Positions 8,682-18,787 of a stretch of 45,954 nt of DNA are shown piece by piece; position 1 is the stretch's first letter; every line of letters starts with the position of its first letter. The stretch is from Promethearchaeota archaeon (GTDB taxonomy: Archaea; Asgardarchaeota; Lokiarchaeia; Sigyniarchaeales; SOKP01), in contig JABXKD010000023.1 of the NCBI GenBank assembly GCA_013375475.1, positions 1 to 45,954 of the forward strand, in the 5' to 3' direction. A model generated the notes under the pieces. The model saw only the letters and a list, made by a program, of their open reading frames with translations. It was not told the DNA's origin and made no database searches. The translations under genes and the position numbers were made by a program.

Positions 8682-9404
8682 TTAAACAATTTTGGTAAAT
8701 ATTTTTTTTACATCAGATATATCGGGATTAAAAAACCCACTAATTCTTTGGTAATTTTTGTTACCATTTATTAAATAACAAGGAATTCCGCATTGTTCGA
8801 TTAATGTCAACAGATAAGTATCAATAGGTTTAGATTTTTTACTATTAGCGTGGTCTAATCCTACTCTAGCCAATTTATTGTTTTCTTTTAACTCGATATA
8901 TTGGAGAGTTGTAATTTTTTTAATTATTTCATCATCAATATCATAGATTCCGTCTATATCCTTAATCAAGAAACATTTGTTGAAGCGTAACTGAACAGCA
9001 ATATAAAGTGCAATTGAATCAGAGGTAACATCCCAATTATGTGGAAGATTATCGTTTTTACGGAGATAATTATAAGGTAAAAAGATGCAGAAAATTTTCT
9101 TAGAATCTTGAAAGGCCTTCAAATCTTCTATTAATTCTAGTTCAGGATATCTCCTATTTAATTCGATTCCGTTATAATTCATGGAATATATAGCCATCCA
9201 ATGAGCGAGGTCATCTCCAAGCTTTAATTCTTCATCTAACTTTCTAATAAAGTTAGCGTAAGATCCACCCCCCGGGATGAGAATTATTCTCTGAAGAATG
9301 TTTTCCTCATATAATCTAGTAAGTTGTGTTATAGTTGATTCGATATTTTTAGAATTTTCTAAAATATTTCCCCCAATTTTAAAGATAGCTTGCGTATTTT
9401 GCAT
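8682..9404 (-). CDS. mfnE: Amino-acid-kinase family protein, MfnE-like (methanofuran biosynthesis kinase)
   Basis: KIGG, IPGGGSYANFIR, AHWMAI, LPHNWDVTSDSIA, KDIDGI; adjacent to mfnF. Confidence 0.75.
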   Translation of the reverse strand: MQNTQAIFKIGGNILENSKNIESTITQLTRLYEENILQRIILIPGGGSYANFIRKLDEELKLGDDLAHWMAIYSMNYNGIELNRRYPELELIEDLKAFQDSKKIFCIFLPYNYLRKNDNLPHNWDVTSDSIALYIAVQLRFNKCFLIKDIDGIYDIDDEIIKKITTLQYIELKENNKLARVGLDHANSKKSKPIDTYLLTLIEQCGIPCYLINGNKNYQRISGFFNPDISDVKKIFTKIV

Positions 9405-9418
9405 AAGGAACTCCCGGC

Positions 9419-10495
9419 TTATAATTGAAAATAAAAGGCTCCCGCCACAGCAAAAGCAGAAGAACTTATATGATCGGGAATCTTAGTTATTTGCTCATAA
9501 TTTAAAATATTGTCATATCCCAATTTTAATAAAACTGTCTTTATGAGAAAATCGGCAGATAATCCCGTGAGCACAAATTTAGGATCGTTGCTAAACTCAG
9601 TCATTCTTTTACTTAATTCACTTAAAAATTCTTGAATATCGTTCGAAATTAGCTCAATTTGTTTATCGTATATATATTGTGCGATTAAATCTAAATCTTT
9701 TATTGAAACAGAGTCTAAATCCATACATATCACTCTTGCTAAGCGAGCGTAACAGTTATCTAAAGATTTTGAGCGATTATCCGCAGTATCGTTGATATAA
9801 TCTTTTTCAGATAGGTTATTTAAAATTCGATGAACATCAGAAATAAGCGCAAATTTTTCAAAAGAAATTCTAACCAATTTTTCATTATAGGGTACAAAAT
9901 GCGTAATCGAAGGTATTGTTGCTCTAAGACCGCCTGTGTAAATCAATTCATGGTTAATTAATCTTTCTATATCGGTCTTTCCTTTAGCAACAGGTACTGA
10001 ATTCAAAATCGGTATTATGTCAATAGTAGTTGAACCTGCATCAATTAAAATGCAATTTGGAACGAAATTACCTAAAAATAACGAAGTTGAAACCCAATTC
10101 GCTGCTGCAACTGAAATTGAATCCGATTTAACCTGATTGAAGTTTATGAATTCATTGTTATTATTAATAAAGAACATTTTTCCCTTTTCAAAGACTTGTT
10201 CTAGAGCATTCACTATAGTAAGTATTCCTTCTTGCTTAGTTTGAAACGCATCCGAGAGCTCAGCAGTGATTGTAATAGCTATAAAGTTAATATCTTCTAA
10301 TTTTAGATTGTTATGTATTAAATTCTCTACAATTCTTTTAAACATATTAGGAATTTCATTTAACGTTTTTTCCCAGAAAGGAAAGTATTCAATAATTGAA
10401 AAGGATTCGAAAATTTCTGAATTTTTAAACTTGATTAAAGCAACTTTAGTATTTGCTCCTCCAATATCGAGTCCTAATATATTTATTCGTTTCAT
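9419..10495 (-). CDS. mfnF: Hydantoinase/oxoprolinase-family protein, MfnF-like (methanofuran biosynthesis)
   Basis: GLDIGGANTK, YFPFW, TAELSDAF.TK.EG, AAANW, DAGSTTIDIIP, ELIYTG.LR, TADNR. Confidence 0.85.
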   Translation of the reverse strand: MKRINILGLDIGGANTKVALIKFKNSEIFESFSIIEYFPFWEKTLNEIPNMFKRIVENLIHNNLKLEDINFIAITITAELSDAFQTKQEGILTIVNALEQVFEKGKMFFINNNNEFINFNQVKSDSISVAAANWVSTSLFLGNFVPNCILIDAGSTTIDIIPILNSVPVAKGKTDIERLINHELIYTGGLRATIPSITHFVPYNEKLVRISFEKFALISDVHRILNNLSEKDYINDTADNRSKSLDNCYARLARVICMDLDSVSIKDLDLIAQYIYDKQIELISNDIQEFLSELSKRMTEFSNDPKFVLTGLSADFLIKTVLLKLGYDNILNYEQITKIPDHISSSAFAVAGAFYFQL

Positions 10496-10571
10496 AATTA
10501 CAGTTATAACAATTTGAAAATTCTAATATAGGATTAATAATAAAGATATAAAAAAATGAATTTATAAAGGT

Positions 10572-11042
10572 TTAATTTGTTTTCTTTCTCCTTTTCTTTG
10601 TTTCTTGAATTTCAAGGAACATTCCTAACGTTTCTTCAGTATCAAAGTAAACCCAATTTTGTTTTCCTATGCTACCCGAATAAACTACATCATACCCTTT
10701 TCCTTTAAAATATTCAATATTAGGTTCTAATTCATCAACGAATAGACTTATATGATGTAAGCCTTCCCTACCCTGATCTAAAAATTCTTTGTAGAGACAG
10801 TCTCCTTCGATATGTTCAATAAGTTCAAATTGAATACCAAATTGGTGACTTAAGCAAATCTTTGTTCTCACATTTGAATCTTTACCTCTGTATTTAACAA
10901 CATTGTTAAATTCTGGTATTAATGCAAATTTAGGGATATTAAGAATGTTTTCGAAAATTTTTGCTTGTTTTTCAATATCTTTAAACACGAATCCTAATTG
11001 GTCAACTTTTAGATTGTCCAAATTAATCTTAAATTCTTCCAT
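10572..11042 (-). CDS. VOC/glyoxalase superfamily protein (methylmalonyl-CoA epimerase-like)
   Basis: DQLGFVFKD, QFELIE, GREGLHHI, YFDT...G.FLEI; ATG at 11042 chosen over TTG at 11057 (start uncertain). Confidence 0.75.
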   Translation of the reverse strand: MEEFKINLDNLKVDQLGFVFKDIEKQAKIFENILNIPKFALIPEFNNVVKYRGKDSNVRTKICLSHQFGIQFELIEHIEGDCLYKEFLDQGREGLHHISLFVDELEPNIEYFKGKGYDVVYSGSIGKQNWVYFDTEETLGMFLEIQETKKRRKKTN

Positions 11043-11168
11043 AATTACTTTTCTCAAGCTATGCTTATAAAAATTTCTAAACGAAACTATCTTGTTAGAT
11101 AGTGAATATTAATTGTATTTGATAGATCTCAAAATCTTAAAGATAATGCAAGAGTTTGATTTTCATTT

Positions 11169-12203
11169 CTAAGTGCTATAACGGTTTGTTAAAAATTCTT
11201 TTAACAATTCTAAGTTTTCTCCGGATAGGGCATTTGTTAAAAAATAATCTTTTTCAGTGATATTCAATTTATCTCTAAGGTACTTAATCTCTTCTGAGCT
11301 GGCTAAATCCATTTTATTGAATATGATAACCATCTGGATTTCTCCTTCTTTCGTAAAGTTATTTTTAACTTCAAGAAACAAATCGAGCTGTGAATCTATT
11401 GAATAGCCACACGCAGGGGTAGGATCAAACACAAAAAAGATTAAGTCTGATATTAATCGTAATGCGAGAATTGCCTGCAATTCAATATTGTTTCTTTTAG
11501 ACATCGGGCGATCTAAAATTCCGGGTGTATCTAATAATTGGAGTTTAATTTTATCAAAACGCCTTTCGATGTCATAATGCCCCATTATCAGTTTTTTGGT
11601 TGTAAACGGGTATTCTTGAACTTCGATTTTTTTGTTAGTTGAAATATTTTTTACGAAGCTACTTTTGCCTACGTTAGGGTATCCCGCTACTACAATACAA
11701 TGCAAAGCGTCGTCTATTGAAGGTATTTCTCTTAATCTCCCTCTAACACTATTTAAATACTCTAGATTTTTATTTTGCTTGTTGATTATCGATGAAATTC
11801 TACCAAATGCGGCCCTTCTTATTCGATCTGCGTCCTTTGGAGCTTCAATCTGGCTTAGCTTTTTTGAATATTCCCGTTCTAATTGGTGTAGTATCGGTAA
11901 AATTCCGTTAAGTCTACCAAGAGTTAGTTTTAGTTCGTCAACATCTACCAGCAAAGAGGCGAGTTCTTTATAAAAATCAGGTAGAGCGTCAATTATTGGC
12001 ACCTTTTTAATGATTTTTAAAATCCTTTCTACGAACTCCTCGATGGCTACTTTAATTCTTTTGAACTCTTTTTTTTTTGCCTTTAACAGAATAGGAGCGT
12101 TCTTTGAGACTTGAGCACTACTTTTCATAGCTCTTTTGAACGCGATATCTAAAAGTTCTTTAGAATTGGGCACGTGAGAAAAAGATAAAAAAGGATTCTT
12201 CAT
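11169..12203 (-). CDS. nog1: NOG1-family GTPase (ribosome biogenesis)
   Basis: AGYPNVGKSS, YPFTTK, DTPGILDRP...RNNIE.QA, NKMD. Confidence 0.92.
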   Translation of the reverse strand: MKNPFLSFSHVPNSKELLDIAFKRAMKSSAQVSKNAPILLKAKKKEFKRIKVAIEEFVERILKIIKKVPIIDALPDFYKELASLLVDVDELKLTLGRLNGILPILHQLEREYSKKLSQIEAPKDADRIRRAAFGRISSIINKQNKNLEYLNSVRGRLREIPSIDDALHCIVVAGYPNVGKSSFVKNISTNKKIEVQEYPFTTKKLIMGHYDIERRFDKIKLQLLDTPGILDRPMSKRNNIELQAILALRLISDLIFFVFDPTPACGYSIDSQLDLFLEVKNNFTKEGEIQMVIIFNKMDLASSEEIKYLRDKLNITEKDYFLTNALSGENLELLKEFLTNRYST

Positions 12204-12251
12204 GCAAAATCAAAATTATTTTAATTAGTAATTAAAAAGAAGCCTAAAATA

Positions 12252-13604
12252 TTACAATTTCGCTTTTACATCAATTATCTTCTGTTCAATCAATCTAATC
12301 TCTTCTGTTAAATCAATAATATCTTTAGGAATAGAATTATACAGTGAAAGGATGTACTGGTATCTTGATAACACTCTAGAGAAATTATTCATACTCTCTT
12401 CTTTATCTGCTTTAGTGCGAACTAATTCCACTTTTTCTAATTTACTTTTAATTTCGGGAGGTAACGCTCTTTGTATTTCTTGTTGTTTTGCCTGATGTTT
12501 TTGTTTTTCATTTAAAACATCTGAAACTCTTTTTTGGAAATCTTGTTCTTCTTTAATTTTACTATACGATGCTTTCTTTAGTTTTAATTCCTCTTCTCTC
12601 TTATATAATTCAATATTGCGTATTTCATTCTTCAAAATAGCTATTTGATCGTACCAACCAATTTGAGTAAATAAACCAATTGCTTGATTATATAAAGATT
12701 TAGCTTCGCTAAATTCTTTCTGCTTTAGTTTTTGGTTACCCAGTTCTAAAAGTTCTTGTCCTTTACTAATTAACTCATCGTCTTGTATTTTCTTGTCTCG
12801 TAACATCTGAATTTTCTCCTGTTTCTCTTTCATTTTAATTTTTCTTTGCTCTTGTTGCTCCGTAACATTTGAGTAAGTTTGTTTTTTAAGTTGCTCTTCC
12901 TTTTGTTCACTCATTTTCATTTGTTCAAACAATTTGTGTGGAGTTTTCGATGGCTCGCTTGGTTTTCTTGGCTTAGCTCCCGCGATTTCACTAGGAGCTT
13001 TTTTTACACCTAAACCTTTTTGTATTTTTTGGCGCCTTTTTTCAGCAGAGGCCAAGCTTACAATATCTTTCAAGTTGAGTTGGATTCCTTTTGATTTTCG
13101 CAATTGTGCGGATCTCTGATAATCTCTAATATCATTTATTTGCAATAAGATTTGTTTACATTCATAATCATAGTTCAGATGTTTGAAGAGGCTATACGCT
13201 TCGTTATAGAGTTTAATAGCTTCGTCATATTTATCTTCAAGGGCAACTGTTCGTGCATTTTCTAAAATCTGGTATCCATTAGCTTCAGATATTGATGTGT
13301 CTTCAGATTTTGTTTCCTTAAATTTATCCTGGCTTATTTTAAATTGAGATCCTTCCTCACGTATGAATTTCTTCTCTCTAGGCGAAGTTACTGAAACGTT
13401 CTTGTCTTGTGCTAGATTTTTCAACCTAACTATTTCTTTTATTACTATTGAAACTTGTCCTGTTAAACCTATTTTTGCATAATTTTCTTTAGCTTTCATT
13501 AAAGCTTGAATAGCAAAACCATAATTATTGCTTCTAATTGCAATTTTTGATTGATTCTCTAATTCTTCTGCTTCTTTCAATAAATCTCTATCTTGATTTT
13601 GCAT
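12252..13604 (-). CDS. Helical-repeat (TPR/MIT-like) and coiled-coil protein
   Basis: Four dispersed ~50-aa units of pattern A...y..A...Y..A...f...g....i..eI separated by charged coiled coils. Confidence 0.6.
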   Translation of the reverse strand: MQNQDRDLLKEAEELENQSKIAIRSNNYGFAIQALMKAKENYAKIGLTGQVSIVIKEIVRLKNLAQDKNVSVTSPREKKFIREEGSQFKISQDKFKETKSEDTSISEANGYQILENARTVALEDKYDEAIKLYNEAYSLFKHLNYDYECKQILLQINDIRDYQRSAQLRKSKGIQLNLKDIVSLASAEKRRQKIQKGLGVKKAPSEIAGAKPRKPSEPSKTPHKLFEQMKMSEQKEEQLKKQTYSNVTEQQEQRKIKMKEKQEKIQMLRDKKIQDDELISKGQELLELGNQKLKQKEFSEAKSLYNQAIGLFTQIGWYDQIAILKNEIRNIELYKREEELKLKKASYSKIKEEQDFQKRVSDVLNEKQKHQAKQQEIQRALPPEIKSKLEKVELVRTKADKEESMNNFSRVLSRYQYILSLYNSIPKDIIDLTEEIRLIEQKIIDVKAKL

Positions 13605-13717
13605 GGTTTTATATCTGGTTTTAACTTATTATTATACTTTATCTAAAATAATTTAATAAAATTATTCAATAATCACTCATTATTGAAGTTAAAAATATAA
13701 TATAAACTCAAATTAAT

Positions 13718-14812
13718 ATGTCTTCGGATAAAATTAAAATTGGAATTTTGGGAGCTACGGGGATAGTTGGACAAAATTATATAAAGCTTTTAGTAGGACA
13801 TCCATGGTTTGAAATTACTGATGTTGCAGCGTCACCTCGTTCCGCAGGTAAACCTTATGCAGAAGTTGTTAAAGAAAAATGGCAGATGTCAATAGAGATT
13901 CCCGGTAACATAAGAAATTTAATGGTAAGAGATGTTCAGGATTTTGCATCCTTAAAATCTGATATAAGCTTCGTATTCTCAGCTATGGATTTACCAGAAA
14001 AAGAGGCCACAAAAGCGATCGAGTTTAAATACGCTGAAGAAGGTATCCCGGTTATAAGTAATAGCTCAGCTAATCGATGGACTCCAGACGTACCAATGAT
14101 TATTCCTGAAATCAACCATCATCACATAGATATAATCCCTATTCAACAAAAATACAGAGGCTTCTCAAAGGGATTTGTCATGGTAAAACCTAATTGCTCT
14201 ATTCAGAGTTACATGATTCCAATTTATGCTCTTGAAAAGAAAGGATACAAAGTCGAAAAAATGATTGTCACTACTCTCCAAGCTGTTTCTGGGGCGGGAT
14301 ATCCAGGAGTTCCTTCCTTAGATATGATCGATAATATTGTTCCATTTATAGGTGGTGAAGAAGAAAAATCGGAACAAGAACCTTTAAAAATTTTAGGAAA
14401 AGTTGGAGAAAAAGGAATAATCAACGATGATTCAATACAAATAAGTGCAACATGTACAAGAGTTCCAGTTTCGGACGGTCATACAGCGTGCGTAAATATT
14501 AAGTTTAAAAATAAAATTCCTAACAAAGAAGATATCATTAAAATCTGGCGTAATTTCAAATCAGTCCCCCAAGATTTAGATTTACCCTTCGCGCCAAAGC
14601 AACCTATCATCTACTTAGAAAATGAAAATAGACCTCAACCAAATAAAGATAGGCATAACGATAAGGGGATGGCAGTTACTATTGGCCGATTAAGAAAGGA
14701 TAATATTTTTGACTATAAATTTATAGCATTAAGTCATAATACGATTAGGGGTGCTGCAGGAGGCGCCATCTTAAACGCCGAATTATTAAAAGCAAAGGGT
14801 TTTTTGAATTAA
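13718..14812 (+). CDS. asd: Aspartate-semialdehyde dehydrogenase (archaeal/fungal type)
   Basis: GATGIVGQ, PNCS catalytic Cys, QAVSGAGYPG, RVPVSDGH, HNTIRGAAGG. Confidence 0.95.
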   Translation: MSSDKIKIGILGATGIVGQNYIKLLVGHPWFEITDVAASPRSAGKPYAEVVKEKWQMSIEIPGNIRNLMVRDVQDFASLKSDISFVFSAMDLPEKEATKAIEFKYAEEGIPVISNSSANRWTPDVPMIIPEINHHHIDIIPIQQKYRGFSKGFVMVKPNCSIQSYMIPIYALEKKGYKVEKMIVTTLQAVSGAGYPGVPSLDMIDNIVPFIGGEEEKSEQEPLKILGKVGEKGIINDDSIQISATCTRVPVSDGHTACVNIKFKNKIPNKEDIIKIWRNFKSVPQDLDLPFAPKQPIIYLENENRPQPNKDRHNDKGMAVTIGRLRKDNIFDYKFIALSHNTIRGAAGGAILNAELLKAKGFLN

Positions 14813-14821
14813 TTGTATAGT

Positions 14822-16384
14822 TTAAAACTCGTGTTTATCTACAACAATCGATAACAAATCTTTCAAAAACGAGATACTTCCTTTCTTCTTTAACAATGTA
14901 TAAGGAGGTATTTCGGGATTTAGTTGAAAATACTGGGGATTTTTCAATAATTTAAAAATTTTTAAGAGTGAAAATATTGAAATTTTATGAGAGTCAATTA
15001 TAAAATCTTCTATAATTTTTTTAATTAGGTACTTATCCACCATTAGAACATTTGATATGAAACCGTATTGTTCAGATATTATCAATCTTACTGATTCAAG
15101 CGACTGTTGATCCATTTCAGTAATTATGTCTTGATCTTTAATATATTCAAGGTTATTAATAACCCCATTTTCAAAGTTAAAGAGGAGCAATTCGGTTGGA
15201 GTTTGTTTTGAATTGTTTTTATTTTTATCAGTCAAAACCAACAAAATTTTTGCATTTAATCCTATAAACATAGCACCCAGATCGAATAAAAAGTCAGGTA
15301 TTGCCCAATGAGAGAGTTTTTTTAGATTTATGTTTATTCCAAAAAGGCGAATAAGAAATCTAAATAAAAAATTATTTATTTTTGGTTTGGGAAACATACT
15401 CCAATTTAGATCGTAACTTCTTATTCCATATAAAACTTTTTGAAACAACAGCTTAAATATCTCCTTGTTAGGGGGTATTTTTGCTTCAAATAATTCCGAT
15501 AAGAACAGAAGAAATGGGTTTTGATTGAAATTTACTATTTTTTCAACATTGAAATCTGATTGGATAAGACTCAAACCAGCTTTATTAGTTTTAGTATTTA
15601 AGTTATATTTTTCGCTCTCTAAAAGTGTTAATTTGATATCTATTTCGGAGTTAAGGGTTTTATTATTTTCTTTTTTAAGTTTTAGAGCAATTGGTAAACG
15701 GGCGGAATTCATTATTAACAATGTGTTAAATGAAGGTAATAAACTATCAAAAAATGTAAAGAGTTTGGATAATTGCAAACCGTTGAGAAAACTAATACAT
15801 TCTTTAAAAAATCTTAAAAAGTTAGGTTCTGGTTGGATAGAAAAGAGATCGTTCTTAAGAGAAATTTGAATTAAATCTAGCAAACTTATAAAAAAATCGG
15901 AAGTGTTCAGCTTGTTTAATTTTTCACAGTGACTATTTATTAAATCAACTCCTCTTTTTCTTATTATTCTCATGCACGATATCTTGATACCATGCTCTTT
16001 TAGAAAAAAAGCTTGTAGTCTATTGAATAATTTCACCTTATCGCCTAACTCTTCCTGTTTAACCTCAATTGAGTCTTTTGGTAGTTTCTTAATAGCACTG
16101 TGTATTCCAGGCTTAGTAGTTTCATACAAGTAAATCCCAAAGACGATATTTTCAAGCTCGAAATCAGAGACAATAATATCAAGGATATTCTGTTGGTCGT
16201 TTACAAATCGAGGGTATAAAAGTTCGAAAATGTGGTATAAAAGAAAGGCATCAATTTCTATTGGAGTTAAAGGAATCCTTACTGATTCTTTCAATTGTTT
16301 TGGTTCCTCAACTAAATTTATCTTTGAATTAATTTTGAGGATTTTTAGCCAGTTTTCCTTGAAATAATCATTTATAATTGTCAA
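14822..16384 (-). CDS. Hypothetical protein (520 aa)
   Basis: Long ORF; ATGA overlap with upstream DUF362 gene; no motif recognised. Confidence 0.6.
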   Translation of the reverse strand: MTIINDYFKENWLKILKINSKINLVEEPKQLKESVRIPLTPIEIDAFLLYHIFELLYPRFVNDQQNILDIIVSDFELENIVFGIYLYETTKPGIHSAIKKLPKDSIEVKQEELGDKVKLFNRLQAFFLKEHGIKISCMRIIRKRGVDLINSHCEKLNKLNTSDFFISLLDLIQISLKNDLFSIQPEPNFLRFFKECISFLNGLQLSKLFTFFDSLLPSFNTLLIMNSARLPIALKLKKENNKTLNSEIDIKLTLLESEKYNLNTKTNKAGLSLIQSDFNVEKIVNFNQNPFLLFLSELFEAKIPPNKEIFKLLFQKVLYGIRSYDLNWSMFPKPKINNFLFRFLIRLFGININLKKLSHWAIPDFLFDLGAMFIGLNAKILLVLTDKNKNNSKQTPTELLLFNFENGVINNLEYIKDQDIITEMDQQSLESVRLIISEQYGFISNVLMVDKYLIKKIIEDFIIDSHKISIFSLLKIFKLLKNPQYFQLNPEIPPYTLLKKKGSISFLKDLLSIVVDKHEF

Positions 16385-17799
16385 TCACCAGTCTTTATTT
16401 TAGGATTCGATGCCTTTTCATAAAAAGTTTTTATAAGATTATTATAGAATGATAAATTAGGAGTTTGAGATTTCTTATAATATTTTTGAATAGAATATAA
16501 ACTTTCATATAAATTTGGAGGACATCCAGGAATTTCAATAATACGCTTGTTAGTTTTTACTTTTACTTTTGTTGTTTTTTGAGATTTATAATCTTTTTTT
16601 ATCTTTCCCTTAACATTTTCAACATAGTTTCTGTCCGTTGTAGTTTGAATTTTTCTAAATTCGTGATTTTTTGTACTGTTTATCGCACATTCTCCGAAAA
16701 TGATGATGTTATCTAAAAATTTGGGTTCTGGAGGGTTTTCTCCTGCCAAAAAGCATTGGTTTTTAATATATTTTAAATCCTTTGTCATGTAAGTCTTGAT
16801 GAAGTTCAACAGATTATACGCTTCTTTAAAACATCCAGAGCAAATTCTCCCAGCTTTAATAGTCGTATTTTTTATATTAATATCCTCTAACTTATAGGCA
16901 GAAAATTTTATTTTTAAATTGATATTTTCGACGCTTTCCCCAGTAATTGTAATATTTGAGATGTCGGTTATTCCTAATTTTCTATTTCGTGCTTCTATAA
17001 GAATATCACTGCTCGATAAATCAATACCTAACAATTTTTGTGTGATGAGATCAACTGCTATCGCATCCCGCCCAATTATTCCTAATCCCGGGGATATTAA
17101 ATTAGAATCTCTGTATACAAAAGGGCCCGCACCTTCTAAAAAATAGAACATATCATTAATAACTAAATCTGGCTTTTTAATGGTATAAATATCGAGGATG
17201 TTTGAAATCAAATCTTGTTTATATTGATCCAAAAGTAGATAATCCTTTCCGTTCCTTATTACTTTTTCAATTCTTTGATATCTATTAGGCACCAGAGAGT
17301 ATGAATTCAATAATGATAATGTAATCTTAAAAAGTGGATCCACACTCACTTGGTTAAAAAATATTAATTTATCTGATTTAAGAATTATCTCTGGAATTTT
17401 AACGATCTTATCTTTTATTGCATGATCTATTAAAGGATACTTAGTTTGATCCTCTAAAAATAAGAGTTTTGCCCCAACATTTTCTATATAGGACGCGATT
17501 CCAAGAATATTTACAATCGATTGAGTTTTCATTCCATGATCTGGGAAACTGCCAATGAAAATTTGGCTTGCTCCTGCACTTTTGCAAAGAATGATAAGAT
17601 CTCGGAGAGCCTCAAAGTTAACATTGACAGGAAATCCATAAGGCACTCTTAGATTAATTTTAATGAAAACCTGATCTCCTTTTTCTATAAATGCGGAGAT
17701 TCCGCCTAGAGTTTCTATTCCTGTAGTTATTAGCTTACTTGGGCTAGTACTTTTAATTATAGCAACTTCAGTACTATTTACTTTAGAGTTCTCATTCAT
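16381..17799 (-). CDS. DUF362 family Fe-S protein
   Basis: LGGIS.FI.KGD.V.IK.N, EGAGP, DAIAVD; C-terminal CSGC, GECA, IPGCPP. Confidence 0.75.
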   Translation of the reverse strand: MNENSKVNSTEVAIIKSTSPSKLITTGIETLGGISAFIEKGDQVFIKINLRVPYGFPVNVNFEALRDLIILCKSAGASQIFIGSFPDHGMKTQSIVNILGIASYIENVGAKLLFLEDQTKYPLIDHAIKDKIVKIPEIILKSDKLIFFNQVSVDPLFKITLSLLNSYSLVPNRYQRIEKVIRNGKDYLLLDQYKQDLISNILDIYTIKKPDLVINDMFYFLEGAGPFVYRDSNLISPGLGIIGRDAIAVDLITQKLLGIDLSSSDILIEARNRKLGITDISNITITGESVENINLKIKFSAYKLEDINIKNTTIKAGRICSGCFKEAYNLLNFIKTYMTKDLKYIKNQCFLAGENPPEPKFLDNIIIFGECAINSTKNHEFRKIQTTTDRNYVENVKGKIKKDYKSQKTTKVKVKTNKRIIEIPGCPPNLYESLYSIQKYYKKSQTPNLSFYNNLIKTFYEKASNPKIKTGD

Positions 17800-17852
17800 T
17801 ACAAAATATTAAAATTAAAGAATCAAATAAATCTTTAGTAAAATATATCGAG

Positions 17853-18764
17853 TTGATTATAATTTCAGAGCAAAATACAATTAAAATTCAGTTAAAAGAT
17901 ACTCGTGATAAAATCCCTACTGATACGATAGGGATAGACATTGGTCAGAGTCTTACGAAGATTGCTTATTCGATAGGGAACGAGATTATACTTACGATGA
18001 ACCCAACAAGCTCTGACTTTAGTGAAATAAACGAATTTATAGAACTCAATAAATATCGATATAATAAGATTAACTTTACTGGAGGAAAAGCTTTTGTTCA
18101 ATACAAAAAATATTCTAATGAATTCGAAACAAACCTAATCAACGAATTTGATGCAAATATAGGGGGCGTAGAATTTCTGTATGAATACAACAAAAGTAAG
18201 CCTTTACCTCCCTCAATTATAGTTACCTTAGGAACTGGAACATCTATAATATTGAAAACGGATGGTATTACACATTTAGGAGGTTCTGCAATGGGAGGGG
18301 GCTTCTTCATGGGATTAATCAGATTAATTTTTCAAGAATCCATTGCCGATTATTCAGAAGCGATTAACTATGCTAGTAAGGGAAATAGATATCAAGTCGA
18401 TTTAAAAGTAGGTGATATCTATAATATTGAAGATAATAGAGTAGATAAATTATTTAGAGCGTTTACAGCAGCAGCATTAGGTAAGATTAATAAAAACAAC
18501 GATGTTAATACTGCTAAAAAGGAAGATATTATCTTATCACTCATTGGGAGCATTGGAGAAAATATCGGAACAATTGCTACTCTAATGGCAGAGAATCACG
18601 AAGTAAAGAATATCATTTTTTGTGGAGGTTTTTTAATTGGAAATAAACCATTAAAACAAACGCTGTCGCTACTATGTAAATACAAGAGATTAAAACCGAT
18701 GTTTTTAGACAATTCAGTGTTTGCTGGAGCAATTGGTGCTCTTGAATTTAACACTAACAGGTAA
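17853..18764 (+). CDS. Type II pantothenate kinase (CoaW/eukaryotic PanK 'fumble' family)
   Basis: GIDIG.SLTKI, TGGKA, NEFDA, LGTGTSI, GGSAMGGGFFMGL, GNR..VDLKVGDIY, GAIGA. Confidence 0.85.
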   Translation: MIIISEQNTIKIQLKDTRDKIPTDTIGIDIGQSLTKIAYSIGNEIILTMNPTSSDFSEINEFIELNKYRYNKINFTGGKAFVQYKKYSNEFETNLINEFDANIGGVEFLYEYNKSKPLPPSIIVTLGTGTSIILKTDGITHLGGSAMGGGFFMGLIRLIFQESIADYSEAINYASKGNRYQVDLKVGDIYNIEDNRVDKLFRAFTAAALGKINKNNDVNTAKKEDIILSLIGSIGENIGTIATLMAENHEVKNIIFCGGFLIGNKPLKQTLSLLCKYKRLKPMFLDNSVFAGAIGALEFNTNR

Positions 18765-18787
18765 ATATTTCAGAATAAAATAAAAGC

